Below, piece after piece: positions 1-9,302 of a stretch of 33,274 nt of DNA. The notes beneath the pieces are model-generated. The model had not been told where the DNA came from. It searched no databases and saw nothing but the letters and a program-made list of their open reading frames with translations. Source of the DNA: Candidatus Acidiferrum sp. (lineage in GTDB: Bacteria > Acidobacteriota > Terriglobia > Acidiferrales > UBA7541); assembly GCA_035703315.1 (NCBI GenBank), contig DASSYL010000585.1, forward strand, positions 1 through 33,274, given 5' to 3'. Position numbers and translations under genes: made by a program. Within the stretch, counting starts at the first letter, position 1, and each line of letters opens with the position of its first letter.

Positions 1-2
1 TT

Positions 3-335
3 GTGCGGTTGTATGAGCAACTGGAGCGGCTGAATCCATCGCCGATCGTGCAACTGAATCGCGCGGTGGCCGTAGCAATGGCGTCTGGGCCGGCGGCAGG
101 GCTTGAGCTGGTAGATGAACTTGTGTCCGAGCCCTCTCTGAAGGCGTATCACCTGTTGCCCAGCGTGCGCGGCGATTTTCTTTTTAAGTTGGGAAGGTTG
201 GAAGAGGCGCGCCGCGAGTTTGAGCGTGCGGCCGAGCTTACGCGCAATGCGCGCGAACGCAAGCTGCTATTGGACCGTGCGCTGGCGTGTGGCGAGGCAA
301 TGAAAAGGCCACCTGAAGGCGGCCGCTACAACTGA
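3..335 (+). CDS. ECF sigma factor (ECF42-like), C-terminal TPR region, 5'-truncated
   Basis: LYEQLERLNPSPIVQLNRAVAVAMA...YHLLPSVRGDFLFKLGR..EAR..F.RA is typical of the TPR extension of ECF42-type sigma factors; ORF is open at the window edge. Confidence 0.8.
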   Translation: MRLYEQLERLNPSPIVQLNRAVAVAMASGPAAGLELVDELVSEPSLKAYHLLPSVRGDFLFKLGRLEEARREFERAAELTRNARERKLLLDRALACGEAMKRPPEGGRYN

Positions 336-362
336 TCGTTGCCTTCGGGGCTCGCCGCGGTT

Positions 363-392
363 TTGCGGCTAGGAGTGGCGAAGCTCTACACT
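363..392 (+). promoter_or_regulatory. sigma70-like promoter of rlmB, probably leaderless
   Basis: TTGCGG (363-368)-N18-TACACT (387-392); ATG 8 nt downstream with no SD. Confidence 0.45.
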
Positions 393-400
393 GTCAACCC

Positions 401-1135
401 ATGGACAAACTGACCGGGATACATGCGGTGAAAGAGGCGCTGGAGGCGGCAAGGCCGCTCGAATACGTATTGGTCGCGAAGGGCCGGCAAGACACCCGCG
501 CGGAAGAAATCGTGCAGTTGGCGCGGCGCAATGGAATTCCGGTGCGCTTTGAGGAGCGGGCGCAGTTGGATCGTACTGCGGGGACGCGAGACCACCAGGG
601 AGTAGTGGCACTCGGTGCAGCGCGAACTGCGAGCACGCTGGAAGACATTCTGGCCAGTGCCAACAAAGAACAGGGAAAGCCGGGACTGATTGTGCTGCTG
701 GACGGGGTGGAGGATCCGCACAATTTGGGCGCGATTATCCGGACGGCGTTGGCGGCAGGCGCGCACGGAGTGGTGATTCCGGAGCGGCGTGCCGCGGGAT
801 TGACCGACACCGTGGCGCGTGCATCTGCCGGTGCGCTGGCGCATTTGCCGGTTGCGAAAGTTACGAATCTGGCGCGTTCGATGGAGGAGTTGAAAGAAGC
901 AGGCTACTGGCTGGTGGGATTAGACGAGCGCGCGGACAAGAACTACACCGAAGTGGACTACACGTCGCCGACCGGAATTGTGATGGGCGGCGAAGACGGG
1001 ATGCACGAATTGACGCGGAAACGCTGCGACTTTGTAGTGTCCCTGCCGACGAGCGGCCCGGTGAAATCGTTGAATGTGTCGGTAGCCACGGGCGTGGTGC
1101 TGTTTGAGGCGCTGCGCCAGCGGCACCAGCGTTAG
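401..1135 (+). CDS. rlmB: 23S rRNA (guanosine-2251-2'-O)-methyltransferase (SPOUT family)
   Basis: GIHAVKEAL, HQGVVA, LDGVEDPHNLGAIIRTA, SLNVSVATG motifs. Confidence 0.93.
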   Translation: MDKLTGIHAVKEALEAARPLEYVLVAKGRQDTRAEEIVQLARRNGIPVRFEERAQLDRTAGTRDHQGVVALGAARTASTLEDILASANKEQGKPGLIVLLDGVEDPHNLGAIIRTALAAGAHGVVIPERRAAGLTDTVARASAGALAHLPVAKVTNLARSMEELKEAGYWLVGLDERADKNYTEVDYTSPTGIVMGGEDGMHELTRKRCDFVVSLPTSGPVKSLNVSVATGVVLFEALRQRHQR

Positions 1136-1150
1136 ATTTCGAAATTTTCC

Positions 1151-1786
1151 TTACGTCGGTCGCACGCCCGCGAGCAGCGCCAATTCCAGCCATTTCCAGT
1201 GGCAATCCACATCTGCGAACCCGATGGCACCAAGCCAGCCGAGCTGCGTTTCTATATCCAGGAGCTTGTTCGACGGGTCTTCGGATTCAACGTTTTGGCC
1301 CAAGCTGGCGAAGAATTGTGCGTGCAAGCGAGGAGTGGGCGAAGAAACGTGGTCCAAATTGCAAAAGACGCCACCGGGCTTGACAGCTCGAAACGCCTCT
1401 TCATAGAGCGCGCGTTTGCGTTCGTGAGTCAGATGGTGAATGGCGAAACAAGAAATGACGGCATCAAATTCGCCAACATCGGGAAGCGGTTGGTCGAGAT
1501 TGTGTTCGCGTACGGAAACCCGCGGATTGCCCGAGAAACGACGGCGAGCGCGTACGAGCATGGCGGGAGAAAAATCGACGGCGATTCCCGACGCTTGCGG
1601 GAAACGCTCCAATGCGAGTGCCAGCAATCTGCCGTCGCCGCAGCCTAAGTCCAGTATCCTGGACGCAGCTTGAGGGATGCAATCGAGGAGCACGCTTTCC
1701 GCCTCGGCCCGGTGTGGTATTTCGTTCGCCACAGCCAGATAGCCTGTTGCGTGGTCCTCTTCCCTCCATTTGTTAACGCCCGACAT
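1151..1786 (-). CDS. Class I SAM-dependent methyltransferase (CmoA-like)
   Basis: ILDLGCGDG, VDFSPAML, FAIHHL, KPGG motifs; start placed at ATG 1786, just after the apt stop. Confidence 0.85.
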   Translation of the reverse strand: MSGVNKWREEDHATGYLAVANEIPHRAEAESVLLDCIPQAASRILDLGCGDGRLLALALERFPQASGIAVDFSPAMLVRARRRFSGNPRVSVREHNLDQPLPDVGEFDAVISCFAIHHLTHERKRALYEEAFRAVKPGGVFCNLDHVSSPTPRLHAQFFASLGQNVESEDPSNKLLDIETQLGWLGAIGFADVDCHWKWLELALLAGVRPT

Positions 1787-1790
1787 GTGA

Positions 1791-2312
1791 TTACTTGTCG
1801 TATTGGATGAGGGAAAAGACGTCGATGCCGGGAAGCTTCGAGCGGCCGTTGAGAAATGTGAGTTCGACGGCAAAGGCGGCGCCTTCGACCTCGCCACCAA
1901 GTTTTTGCACCAGTTGCGCCGTGGCGGCGGCAGTGCCGCCGGTGGCAAGCAGGTCGTCGCAGATGATGACGCGCGTGCCCTTTTGAATGGCGTCTTCATG
2001 GACTTCCAGCGTGTCGGTGCCATATTCGAGCGCATAGGAAACCGAGGCGGTTTTCGCAGGCAACTTTTTGGGCTTGCGCACCGGAACAAATCCGGCGCCC
2101 AAACGATAGGCCAGTGCCGGAGCAAAGATGAAGCCACGAGCTTCCATGCCGGCGACGACGTCGATGGCGTGGCCCTGGTAGTGATCGCACAGGCGGTCAA
2201 TCAAAGTGCGAAAGCCCTGTTTGTCTTTCAAAAGCGTGGTGAGGTCGTAGAACAGAATCCCCGGCTTCGGATAATCGGGCACTTCGCGTATCAGCTTCTT
2301 CAGATCGTTCAT
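1791..2312 (-). CDS. apt: Adenine phosphoribosyltransferase
   Basis: [39 protein letters not shown]. Confidence 0.97.
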   Translation of the reverse strand: MNDLKKLIREVPDYPKPGILFYDLTTLLKDKQGFRTLIDRLCDHYQGHAIDVVAGMEARGFIFAPALAYRLGAGFVPVRKPKKLPAKTASVSYALEYGTDTLEVHEDAIQKGTRVIICDDLLATGGTAAATAQLVQKLGGEVEGAAFAVELTFLNGRSKLPGIDVFSLIQYDK

Positions 2313-2347
2313 GCGGGCGGCTCCCTCGCTGTTGCTGGTTTTTAAAG

Positions 2348-2641
2348 TCAGGAATCGTAAGTAATGCTGAACTCGCTAGAAAATTGCGAATCAATTTCGG
2401 CTGGATGCTCGATGACATTTTGCACCATGGCACCGCGCGGCCCTCGCTCCAGAAGGGCGCAGAGCCGCCTCAGCTTTTCGGCGGAGCCGATCGCGTAGAC
2501 TTCGACGCGGCCATCGCGGAGATTGCGAACAAATCCGGCCAACTGGAGGCGTTCGGCTTCGTCCTGGGTAAAGTAACGGAAGCCGACACCCTGCACGATT
2601 CCCGAAACGAAATAACGGCGTGCGATTTGCTCAGTGGCCAT
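2348..2641 (-). CDS. acyP: Acylphosphatase
   Basis: [12 protein letters not shown] and [12 protein letters not shown] signatures. Confidence 0.95.
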   Translation of the reverse strand: MATEQIARRYFVSGIVQGVGFRYFTQDEAERLQLAGFVRNLRDGRVEVYAIGSAEKLRRLCALLERGPRGAMVQNVIEHPAEIDSQFSSEFSITYDS

Positions 2642-2800
2642 TAAAGGAGAAATTGTAGCAGAGGCAACGGGGCGGCCGAGCCATCGCGAGCCGCGGAGTG
2701 CGATAAACTGAACCCAGTTGCAGGAACGACAATCGGAGGCGGCGAAGCACCGCGGAAGCGCATCTTACCGAATATGGAAGCATACGGCTATTACAGAGCG

Positions 2801-3661
2801 ATGAATGCGGCCGCAAAAGCGATGCTCGCCGGAGCGCTGGCGCTTTTTTGCGGCGTAGTGGTGAAGGCGCAGGACACCAGCGGCCCGCTGACTCCGCCTC
2901 CGACCGAGGAGCACAACGTGCGCCGCGTCACTACGACGGATCCGGCCGCGGTTCCACCGGCACTGCCGCCAGCCGAAATCGTAAAGGCGTTTGCCGAAAA
3001 AGAGGACCGGTTTCTGCGCGCACGCGTGGGCTACGGCTACAAGAAAACGATCAAGCTGACGGAGTTCGGAAAAGACGGACAGCCTGACGGCGAATATCAG
3101 GTCGTGACGCAGACTACTGTGGATTCTGACGGCCGAGTGTACGAGAAAACAGTGGAGAAGTCGCAATCCAGCTTGCACTACATGGAAATTCTGCCGGGCG
3201 GCGGGCTGGCCACGCTGGCAAAGCTTCCCGCGTTTCCGCTGGTCACCAGCCAGCTGGCGAAATACGATTTGCGGTATGTCGGTGACGAAAAAGTGGATGA
3301 GGTCGACTGTTATATTTTCAATGCCAAGCCAAAATTGCTGGAGCGCGCGAATGCGCTGTTTCAGGGCGTGGTCTGGGTGGACAAGCAATACCTAGAGGTG
3401 GTGAAAACGTATGGAAAGTGGGTGACTGACCTGGGCGACATGCACCCGCAGGACTTTCCGTTTGTGAATTTTGAGACCTATCGCGAAAACGTAGACGGCA
3501 GGTACTGGTTTCCGAATTACTCGCGGTCGGACGATTTTGTGCATTTCAAGGACCAGAACATTCCCGTGCGGCTGGTCATCAAGTGGACGGACATCAAGCC
3601 GCTGCCGGCAAATGTACTTCCCGCGGCATCGCCCGATTCCGCTGGCAAGCCCAAGCCGTAA
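2801..3661 (+). CDS. Secreted beta-rich hypothetical protein, possibly LolA/MucB-RseB-like fold
   Basis: Signal peptide ending VKA-Q, Pro-rich linker, alternating beta pattern (YDLRYVGDEKVD, FQGVVWVDK); start could be 2774. Confidence 0.7.
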   Translation: MNAAAKAMLAGALALFCGVVVKAQDTSGPLTPPPTEEHNVRRVTTTDPAAVPPALPPAEIVKAFAEKEDRFLRARVGYGYKKTIKLTEFGKDGQPDGEYQVVTQTTVDSDGRVYEKTVEKSQSSLHYMEILPGGGLATLAKLPAFPLVTSQLAKYDLRYVGDEKVDEVDCYIFNAKPKLLERANALFQGVVWVDKQYLEVVKTYGKWVTDLGDMHPQDFPFVNFETYRENVDGRYWFPNYSRSDDFVHFKDQNIPVRLVIKWTDIKPLPANVLPAASPDSAGKPKP

Positions 3662-3681
3662 TTCGACCAAGAAAATGCTGG

Positions 3682-3710
3682 AGCCGGCCGCTCGAACGCA
3701 GCGACCGGCT
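3682..3710 (-). terminator. Hairpin between convergent genes, probable terminator of the phosphoesterase gene
   Basis: AGCCGGTCGCT/AGCGGCCGGCT stem on the minus strand with one G-U pair; U-rich run a few nt later. Confidence 0.4.
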
Positions 3711-3742
3711 TCAACTTGCTTACACCATAAGTGTGCAGGACG

Positions 3743-5770
3743 TCAGCGATTGGAGCCGTGACCTTCGAGCTGATCGCCGTCACGTTCGCTATTCCCGTGG
3801 CCTCGCTCGAACTGGAACAGATCAAAGAGATCGCCTATAGCCGGGCTGTTAAGCGGCACGTAAACATTGTCCGGCTCCGCGACGGGGTTGGGGAAATTGT
3901 CGCGGCTGCGTTTGCTGAGCGGTTTGAGCTTCCAATTGCGCTCGATGAATTTGAGGATGGACACGTGATCGGTATAAGTGTGGCTGACGTGCCCGCCGGT
4001 GGTAAATGGCGAAACCACGATGAGCGGAATGCGCGGACCATCACCGAAGAAGTCGAGGGGCTGGATGAAGCCGGAGTCGTAGTAGCCGCCGCCCTCGTCC
4101 ATGGTTATGAATAGCGCCGTGTCCGCAAAGAGATCGGGGTGCGCGGTCAGATGATCCATGATCTTCTTCACCATGGCTTCGAACAGGTCGAGTTTGGAGG
4201 AAGCCGGATGGCCATCGAGCAAGCCATCGGGCTTGACGAAGGAAACCGCTGGCAACGTCTCGTCGTCAATGGCAGCGAAGAAATCCGTGGTGTCCTTGAT
4301 GTGGGCAGCGCGCTGAGAAGCATCACCCATGATGGCGTTGGTGTAGGACTCGAAATTGCAAATGTTGCAGTAGGCAGCACCGACGAGCACGGTCGGATCC
4401 TGGGTGGTCGGATTGTGCTGCAACTGGACGGCGGCATTGTATGCACCGCCGTAGTAAGCCCAGGAAATGTTCTTTTCGTTGAGCGCTTCGCCAATCGTGC
4501 GGACGTTCACCGGCGGAATAGAGCCGCCACCGGCAATGCCCCCGCTGTCCACCGCGCCATCCGGAAGAAAACCCGGATTATCGTTGTTAACGAGATAAAA
4601 GTGGCCGGGCTGGCAGTTGGCTTCGATGTGGTGATGAAGCGAAGCCAGGTAGTCGCGGATCGGCTTGATGCCCGGTTGAGAAGGATCAGCGCATTCTGTG
4701 AAGTTGCCGTCGAAATTCAGGTCGACGGTATACACGTCGTCGGTGCCTGGCAGTGGATTGGGATTGGCGATGTGCGAGGGCGGTGTGGTTGGCGTGCCCT
4801 TGCCGTCGGACCAGAAGAAAGCATCACCGGAACCGAGCATGATATGGTTGGCGCCGGTACCACCCATCACCGACTGATGGAAGTTGTCGCTCATGGTGTA
4901 TTGATCGGCGAGGCCTTTCAACACCGGAACGTCCCCGGCTTGAACGTTATAGAACGCCATGGAGTTGCCGCCACCGTTATCGTCGATCGCTCCCTTGTTC
5001 GCGGGATCGGGAATATTTGTGTAGTTGGTGATGACGAAAGGATAGAGGTCGCTGAGGCAACCGGAAGGATTGCTTCGTGTGGCGTTCTTGACGTCGCAAT
5101 CGGATTGCTGCCACATCTCGAAAAGGCGATGGGTTGTGTCGCCGGTAAAGGAATCGTAGGGAAGATTTTTGCCCTTCAGCGGAAACGGGCCGTTCGGAAG
5201 CACATTAAAATTGTCGATTCGCGTGTCCGGATCGGGCTGGACGATCGTTTGCGGAAAGCCGCTGGCGGCTCCGGTGGTGAGCAAAGCTTCGTCGGTGGCT
5301 TCGAGCGACGGTTCAATTGCTTCCAGGACGTTTGTCGGCGTACCCGCGGGAATTACGGTTTTGGTCGGCGCAAAGTTCAGCGTGGGTTGGGGTAGGAGCT
5401 GATAGGGCGCTTTTTCGTTCTTGCCCAAGCTGATGAAAAATTCGCTTTTGAAAGGCGGGGTGGCCTGAAACTGCGCGGCCTGTGAAAAATTCGCCCCGGG
5501 CGTACCATCGGCCTTGATGATCCCTTTGGAAAGCAAGTTCGAGATCGTATCGCTGCTCTGCGGAACGTAAGTGGCAAAGACGTGGTCAAAGGTGCGATTC
5601 TCGCCGATCAGCACAATCACATGCTTGATGGGCGAGGTGGTGTCCGTCTTTTCCGCCTTGCTGTCCAGGTTCTGTGCGGATGCCGGAATCACGGCTAGCG
5701 ACCACGACAACAGGCCTGCGGCAATTTTTTTACGCCACTTCCACTTCGTTTGATGCGCGCTGTTCTCCAT
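3743..5770 (-). CDS. Secreted phosphoesterase (phospholipase C / acid phosphatase AcpA family)
   Basis: IKHVIVLIGENRTFDH, SDNFHQSVMGGTGANH, DEGGGYYD, GPRIPLIVVSP, DHVSILKFIE; signal peptide; GGAGG SD before ATG 5770. Confidence 0.9.
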   Translation of the reverse strand: MENSAHQTKWKWRKKIAAGLLSWSLAVIPASAQNLDSKAEKTDTTSPIKHVIVLIGENRTFDHVFATYVPQSSDTISNLLSKGIIKADGTPGANFSQAAQFQATPPFKSEFFISLGKNEKAPYQLLPQPTLNFAPTKTVIPAGTPTNVLEAIEPSLEATDEALLTTGAASGFPQTIVQPDPDTRIDNFNVLPNGPFPLKGKNLPYDSFTGDTTHRLFEMWQQSDCDVKNATRSNPSGCLSDLYPFVITNYTNIPDPANKGAIDDNGGGNSMAFYNVQAGDVPVLKGLADQYTMSDNFHQSVMGGTGANHIMLGSGDAFFWSDGKGTPTTPPSHIANPNPLPGTDDVYTVDLNFDGNFTECADPSQPGIKPIRDYLASLHHHIEANCQPGHFYLVNNDNPGFLPDGAVDSGGIAGGGSIPPVNVRTIGEALNEKNISWAYYGGAYNAAVQLQHNPTTQDPTVLVGAAYCNICNFESYTNAIMGDASQRAAHIKDTTDFFAAIDDETLPAVSFVKPDGLLDGHPASSKLDLFEAMVKKIMDHLTAHPDLFADTALFITMDEGGGYYDSGFIQPLDFFGDGPRIPLIVVSPFTTGGHVSHTYTDHVSILKFIERNWKLKPLSKRSRDNFPNPVAEPDNVYVPLNSPAIGDLFDLFQFERGHGNSERDGDQLEGHGSNR

Positions 5771-5958
5771 ATTTCCTCCAGGTCTCTCCTGTAGCTGCTC
5801 CAGGGCGGGTCGTAGGAGACTCTTGCAGCGAGGTTGCAATGGCATGAAGGACCGATTTATGGAGCGTGAACTTTAGTCAGCATGAGAAAGGCTGGAAAGT
5901 TACAAAAATGGGACAAGTAAAATCGCACTCAACGAGTCGAGCGACGAGCGGAGTTTCT

Positions 5959-6744
5959 TTATAAGGATTGGCCGAGACGCTGCTCGAGCTGTGTGCGGTA
6001 AGTCCTGCTGACGCGGGCGCGTGAGCCATTCTTAAGGACGACTTCGAATTCGCCGTGGCTAGCCGGTTCAAGCTGAACGATGCTTTCAATATTGACGATG
6101 GCCGAGCGGTGGATGCGGATGAAGCGCTGGGGGTCAAGCCTTTCGGCGATGTCGGTCAGCGAAGCACGATACAGGAACTCTTTTCCGGCCGCGTGCAGAT
6201 TGACATAGACGCCGGCTGCTTCAATCCAATCAATTTCCGCGATTCTGAGGAAGCGCGTTGTACCGGCGGATTTCACGACAAGGCGGTCCCAGCGGCGGAC
6301 TTGAGGCGGTGCCTTGGAAACCATCTGCAACATGCGACGGCCCAAGTCGCGCAGGGTGCGTTCATCGAGGCGAGACTTGACGCGCGCCAGGGCAGCTTCC
6401 AGACGTTCGTCGCTGAAGGGTTTCAACAAGTAGTCGAGCGCATTGGATTCGAAAGCGCGGATAGCGTGCTGGTCGTAGGCGGTGACGAAAATGGTGAGCG
6501 GCATTTCTTCCGCACCGACGGCTTCGACAACGCCGAGGCCGTCCAATTCGGGCATTTGCACGTCGAGGAAGACCAAGTCCGGTTTTTGCTCTTGAATCAT
6601 TTCGACGGCAGCGACGCCGTTTTCCGCTTCGAGAATGGCGCTGATCTGATTATCTTTTGCGAGCAAATCGCGAAGGCGCTGGCGAGCAGGAGCTTCGTCG
6701 TCGACGATCAACGCGCGAATGCGTTCAAGCGGCGGAGGAACCAC
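5959..6744 (-). CDS. LytTR-family response regulator
   Basis: Receiver motifs IVDDE, FLDVQMP, FVTAYD, DYLLKP; LytTR motifs FIRIHRSAIVN and VSRTY. Confidence 0.95.
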   Translation of the reverse strand: MVPPPLERIRALIVDDEAPARQRLRDLLAKDNQISAILEAENGVAAVEMIQEQKPDLVFLDVQMPELDGLGVVEAVGAEEMPLTIFVTAYDQHAIRAFESNALDYLLKPFSDERLEAALARVKSRLDERTLRDLGRRMLQMVSKAPPQVRRWDRLVVKSAGTTRFLRIAEIDWIEAAGVYVNLHAAGKEFLYRASLTDIAERLDPQRFIRIHRSAIVNIESIVQLEPASHGEFEVVLKNGSRARVSRTYRTQLEQRLGQSL

Positions 6745-7864
6745 GCGGATTTTCTCCCATTCGCTCCAGTGGCAACTTCAACGGTAGAAGTACTTCGACT
6801 TCCGTGCCGCCTTCGGCGCGATTGCGTACCGAAAAGTGACTGTGGCCGTTGGCATGCAGGCCGGCAATACGCTCGCGAGTGACGGAGAGGCCCAAGCCGG
6901 AGCACGCATCGAGGTTCCAACCTTGCGGCAGGCCAACGCCGTCATCGAGCACGCGGATTTCCAGCTGGTCGCCGATTCGCTCCGCGGAAACCATGACGCG
7001 TCCGCCCGAAGCCCTGCGCGATATGCCGTGACGAATCGCATTTTCCACCAAGGGCTGCACAAACAAGGATGGCACGGAGGCGTATTTGACTTCCGGAGCA
7101 ACGCGGATTTCTACTTTCAAGTTTTCGCCAAAACGGATTTTTTGAATCGCCAGATAGTGCTCGAGGAAAGCCATTTCTTCCGAAAGTGGAACTTCCTGAC
7201 GGTCCTTTGATTCCAGCGAAAGACGCAGGAGGTCGCCGAGATGTTCAATCATGCGACGAGCGAGACGCGGGTCGCGCTCCACTTGAGACGAAATGGTGTT
7301 CAGCGCGTTGAAGAGGAAATGCGGATCGAGCTGCATACGCAGCGCGTTGAGTCGTGCTTCGGAAAACTGGCGCTCCAAGCGTTCGCGGCGGAGTTCGCTC
7401 GAAAGATAGCGCCGGTGATATCGATAGGCCTGCCAGGCGCCAACGATCACCCAGTAGATCAGCCAACTCCAGAGAAACATGCCGCGAAAGGCGCTGGGAA
7501 GAAGCTGCGGGTTGCCCAACATCGCCCAGTTGCCGAGGCCGAACAAGGCCCGGACAGCCGCAAGAACGTAAACGAGGAGCGAAGTAAAAAACACGCTGAG
7601 AAAAAGATGCGCAGCAATGCGCCGGGAGAGTTGCGCTTCGGAAAATGGCAAGCGCAGATCGGCAGCAACGATCAGAGGGGCGAGGATGCCCCAGGACCAC
7701 CAGAGCGCCAATGACGCGAGCAGCGGCTGCCGCCAGCCGTTGGCCATGCTCATGTTGGGGAGAGCAAAGATGCAGCCGATCGTAGTCCAGCCGATTATCG
7801 CGACGGCGATTCGGCCGACCCAATTCATGAATGAAAGACTCTGCTGTTCTGACGAAACGAGCAT
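6725..7864 (-). CDS. LytS/YehU-type membrane sensor histidine kinase
   Basis: About 4 N-terminal TM helices; LRMQLDPHFLFNALN, QPLVENAIRHG, DDGVG, GLGL; start may be 7828. Confidence 0.93.
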   Translation of the reverse strand: MLVSSEQQSLSFMNWVGRIAVAIIGWTTIGCIFALPNMSMANGWRQPLLASLALWWSWGILAPLIVAADLRLPFSEAQLSRRIAAHLFLSVFFTSLLVYVLAAVRALFGLGNWAMLGNPQLLPSAFRGMFLWSWLIYWVIVGAWQAYRYHRRYLSSELRRERLERQFSEARLNALRMQLDPHFLFNALNTISSQVERDPRLARRMIEHLGDLLRLSLESKDRQEVPLSEEMAFLEHYLAIQKIRFGENLKVEIRVAPEVKYASVPSLFVQPLVENAIRHGISRRASGGRVMVSAERIGDQLEIRVLDDGVGLPQGWNLDACSGLGLSVTRERIAGLHANGHSHFSVRNRAEGGTEVEVLLPLKLPLERMGENPRGSSAA

Positions 7865-7927
7865 TTGATACGCGAAGGCCTGATTTGATTGTTGCCGCGT
7901 TTTGCCAGCCGCGCAACTCCAGCTCGC

Positions 7928-9049
7928 CTATTTGCGGGCGAGCTGGAGGCCGGTGACGTCATCGGGGCGAAGGATGACGGCCAATCCGTAGAAATTGGTG
8001 GCCACGGCGATGGCTACTTCGTTGTTGCCGGCGTTCAACGGCAACTGGAAGGAGCCGTTTTCGAGTGAGCAGCGGCCGTCAGGAGTTTTCCGTGCCGTCG
8101 CCGGCATGTAGAGATTTTTGTCGGAGTACACGAGCTTTCCGTTCACAAAGACCCACACTTCGCGTACCCACCCGATGGACGTTTTGACGGACTGGACTTT
8201 ATCGGAAGCGATATTGGTCTTGATCCAGGCCACAGAGCGGCGCGGGCGCTCCAGCGGAAGTCCATACAGGCGAGAGATGTTGACCAGGCCGCCGCGCTCC
8301 GCCGCAAGGGCTTGCCAAGCGGCAGATGGTGCGGGCATTTCGTCCAACGAAGGATCCTTGCCGGCGGGAAGTTCCGCCAACGGAGACAATTGCCAGTCGC
8401 GAATAAAATGGGGGTCGGTTGCGGTTGGATCGGGCTCGGCGTCCGGAGCGAGTCCCTCGGTAGCGTCGGGTGTGACCGAAAAATTGGAGAAGAATCCCGG
8501 ACCTTGTAGAGAAATCCCGCCTTCAGCGCTATCGCCTTCGAGGCGGCCGATTCTGAGCGAAGGCGTCTTTTCGTGGTTGACGTAGAGGTTCATGCGCTGG
8601 CCGGAGAGCACGATCTTGATGTGGTTCCACTCGCCGTCGCGGATGGAAGCCGATGACTGGTATTGCGGGAAAACGTCCCACAGAAGAACTCCGTGAGTCT
8701 GTGGCGCGTATTGCAGACAATCTTTGGATTCAGAGCACTTGCCGTTCGGACGGATGTAGAAATATTCGTACGAATTGTCGTCGCGGCGCCGGAAGGCGAG
8801 ACCCGTACCCATGGCGAATGGCTGAACGTCGAATTCAATGATGCCGTTCTGAAGAGTGATTCCTTTCGCGAGCGCCATGCCCTGGCGGAGTGCGATGGCG
8901 TCCACTCCCTGAATTTTTTCGAAGACGCCCGTGTCGGTCTGCCAGTGGTCAGGAGTCATTGGGACTTTAGTGGCCTCCGCGGCGGAGGCCACAGCCGCTG
9001 CGATCAACAGTCCAAAACAAACGGGCAGATACCGCTTCAGTTTCCGCAT
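7928..9049 (-). CDS. Secreted DUF1080-like (ConA/beta-jelly-roll) protein with a C-terminal beta-sandwich domain
   Basis: Signal peptide MRKLKRY...ASA; GEWNHIKIVLSGQRMNLYVN; C-terminal VWVFVNGK...LNAGNNEVAI; AAGGA SD before ATG 9049. Confidence 0.65.
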   Translation of the reverse strand: MRKLKRYLPVCFGLLIAAAVASAAEATKVPMTPDHWQTDTGVFEKIQGVDAIALRQGMALAKGITLQNGIIEFDVQPFAMGTGLAFRRRDDNSYEYFYIRPNGKCSESKDCLQYAPQTHGVLLWDVFPQYQSSASIRDGEWNHIKIVLSGQRMNLYVNHEKTPSLRIGRLEGDSAEGGISLQGPGFFSNFSVTPDATEGLAPDAEPDPTATDPHFIRDWQLSPLAELPAGKDPSLDEMPAPSAAWQALAAERGGLVNISRLYGLPLERPRRSVAWIKTNIASDKVQSVKTSIGWVREVWVFVNGKLVYSDKNLYMPATARKTPDGRCSLENGSFQLPLNAGNNEVAIAVATNFYGLAVILRPDDVTGLQLARK

Positions 9050-9302
9050 GGTCTGATCCTTTGGGGAAAAGCTGCGCGCTCTTCCGTGAGCGCAGGCTAA
9101 GACCGATCTTGGTCGACGGCGACGGGAATGTTGCCGAACGGAAGCGCGCGTCGTGGACGGGACACCGGCCGCAGCGAACCGGCTTGCAAAAATCGCTTCA
9201 TTCGTTTTAATTCGACAAGGACTGCGACACGGCAAGCGCTTTTTGGCATAATCGGCGTTTCGCGAATGAGAGTACAAGCCAGCTTGCTCTCAGGGGAGTC
9301 GT

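Noticed and set aside
1787-2200. N-terminal extension of the methyltransferase ORF overlapping apt
   Set aside because: Alternative-frame read-through of apt with no protein-like features; ATG 1786 is the natural start
4139-5395. Long antisense ORFs (also 6055-6882, 10050-10919, 15069-15983, 16989-17810, 27278-28333)
   Set aside because: Shadow ORFs opposite well-supported genes, expected with GC-rich codon bias; no motifs
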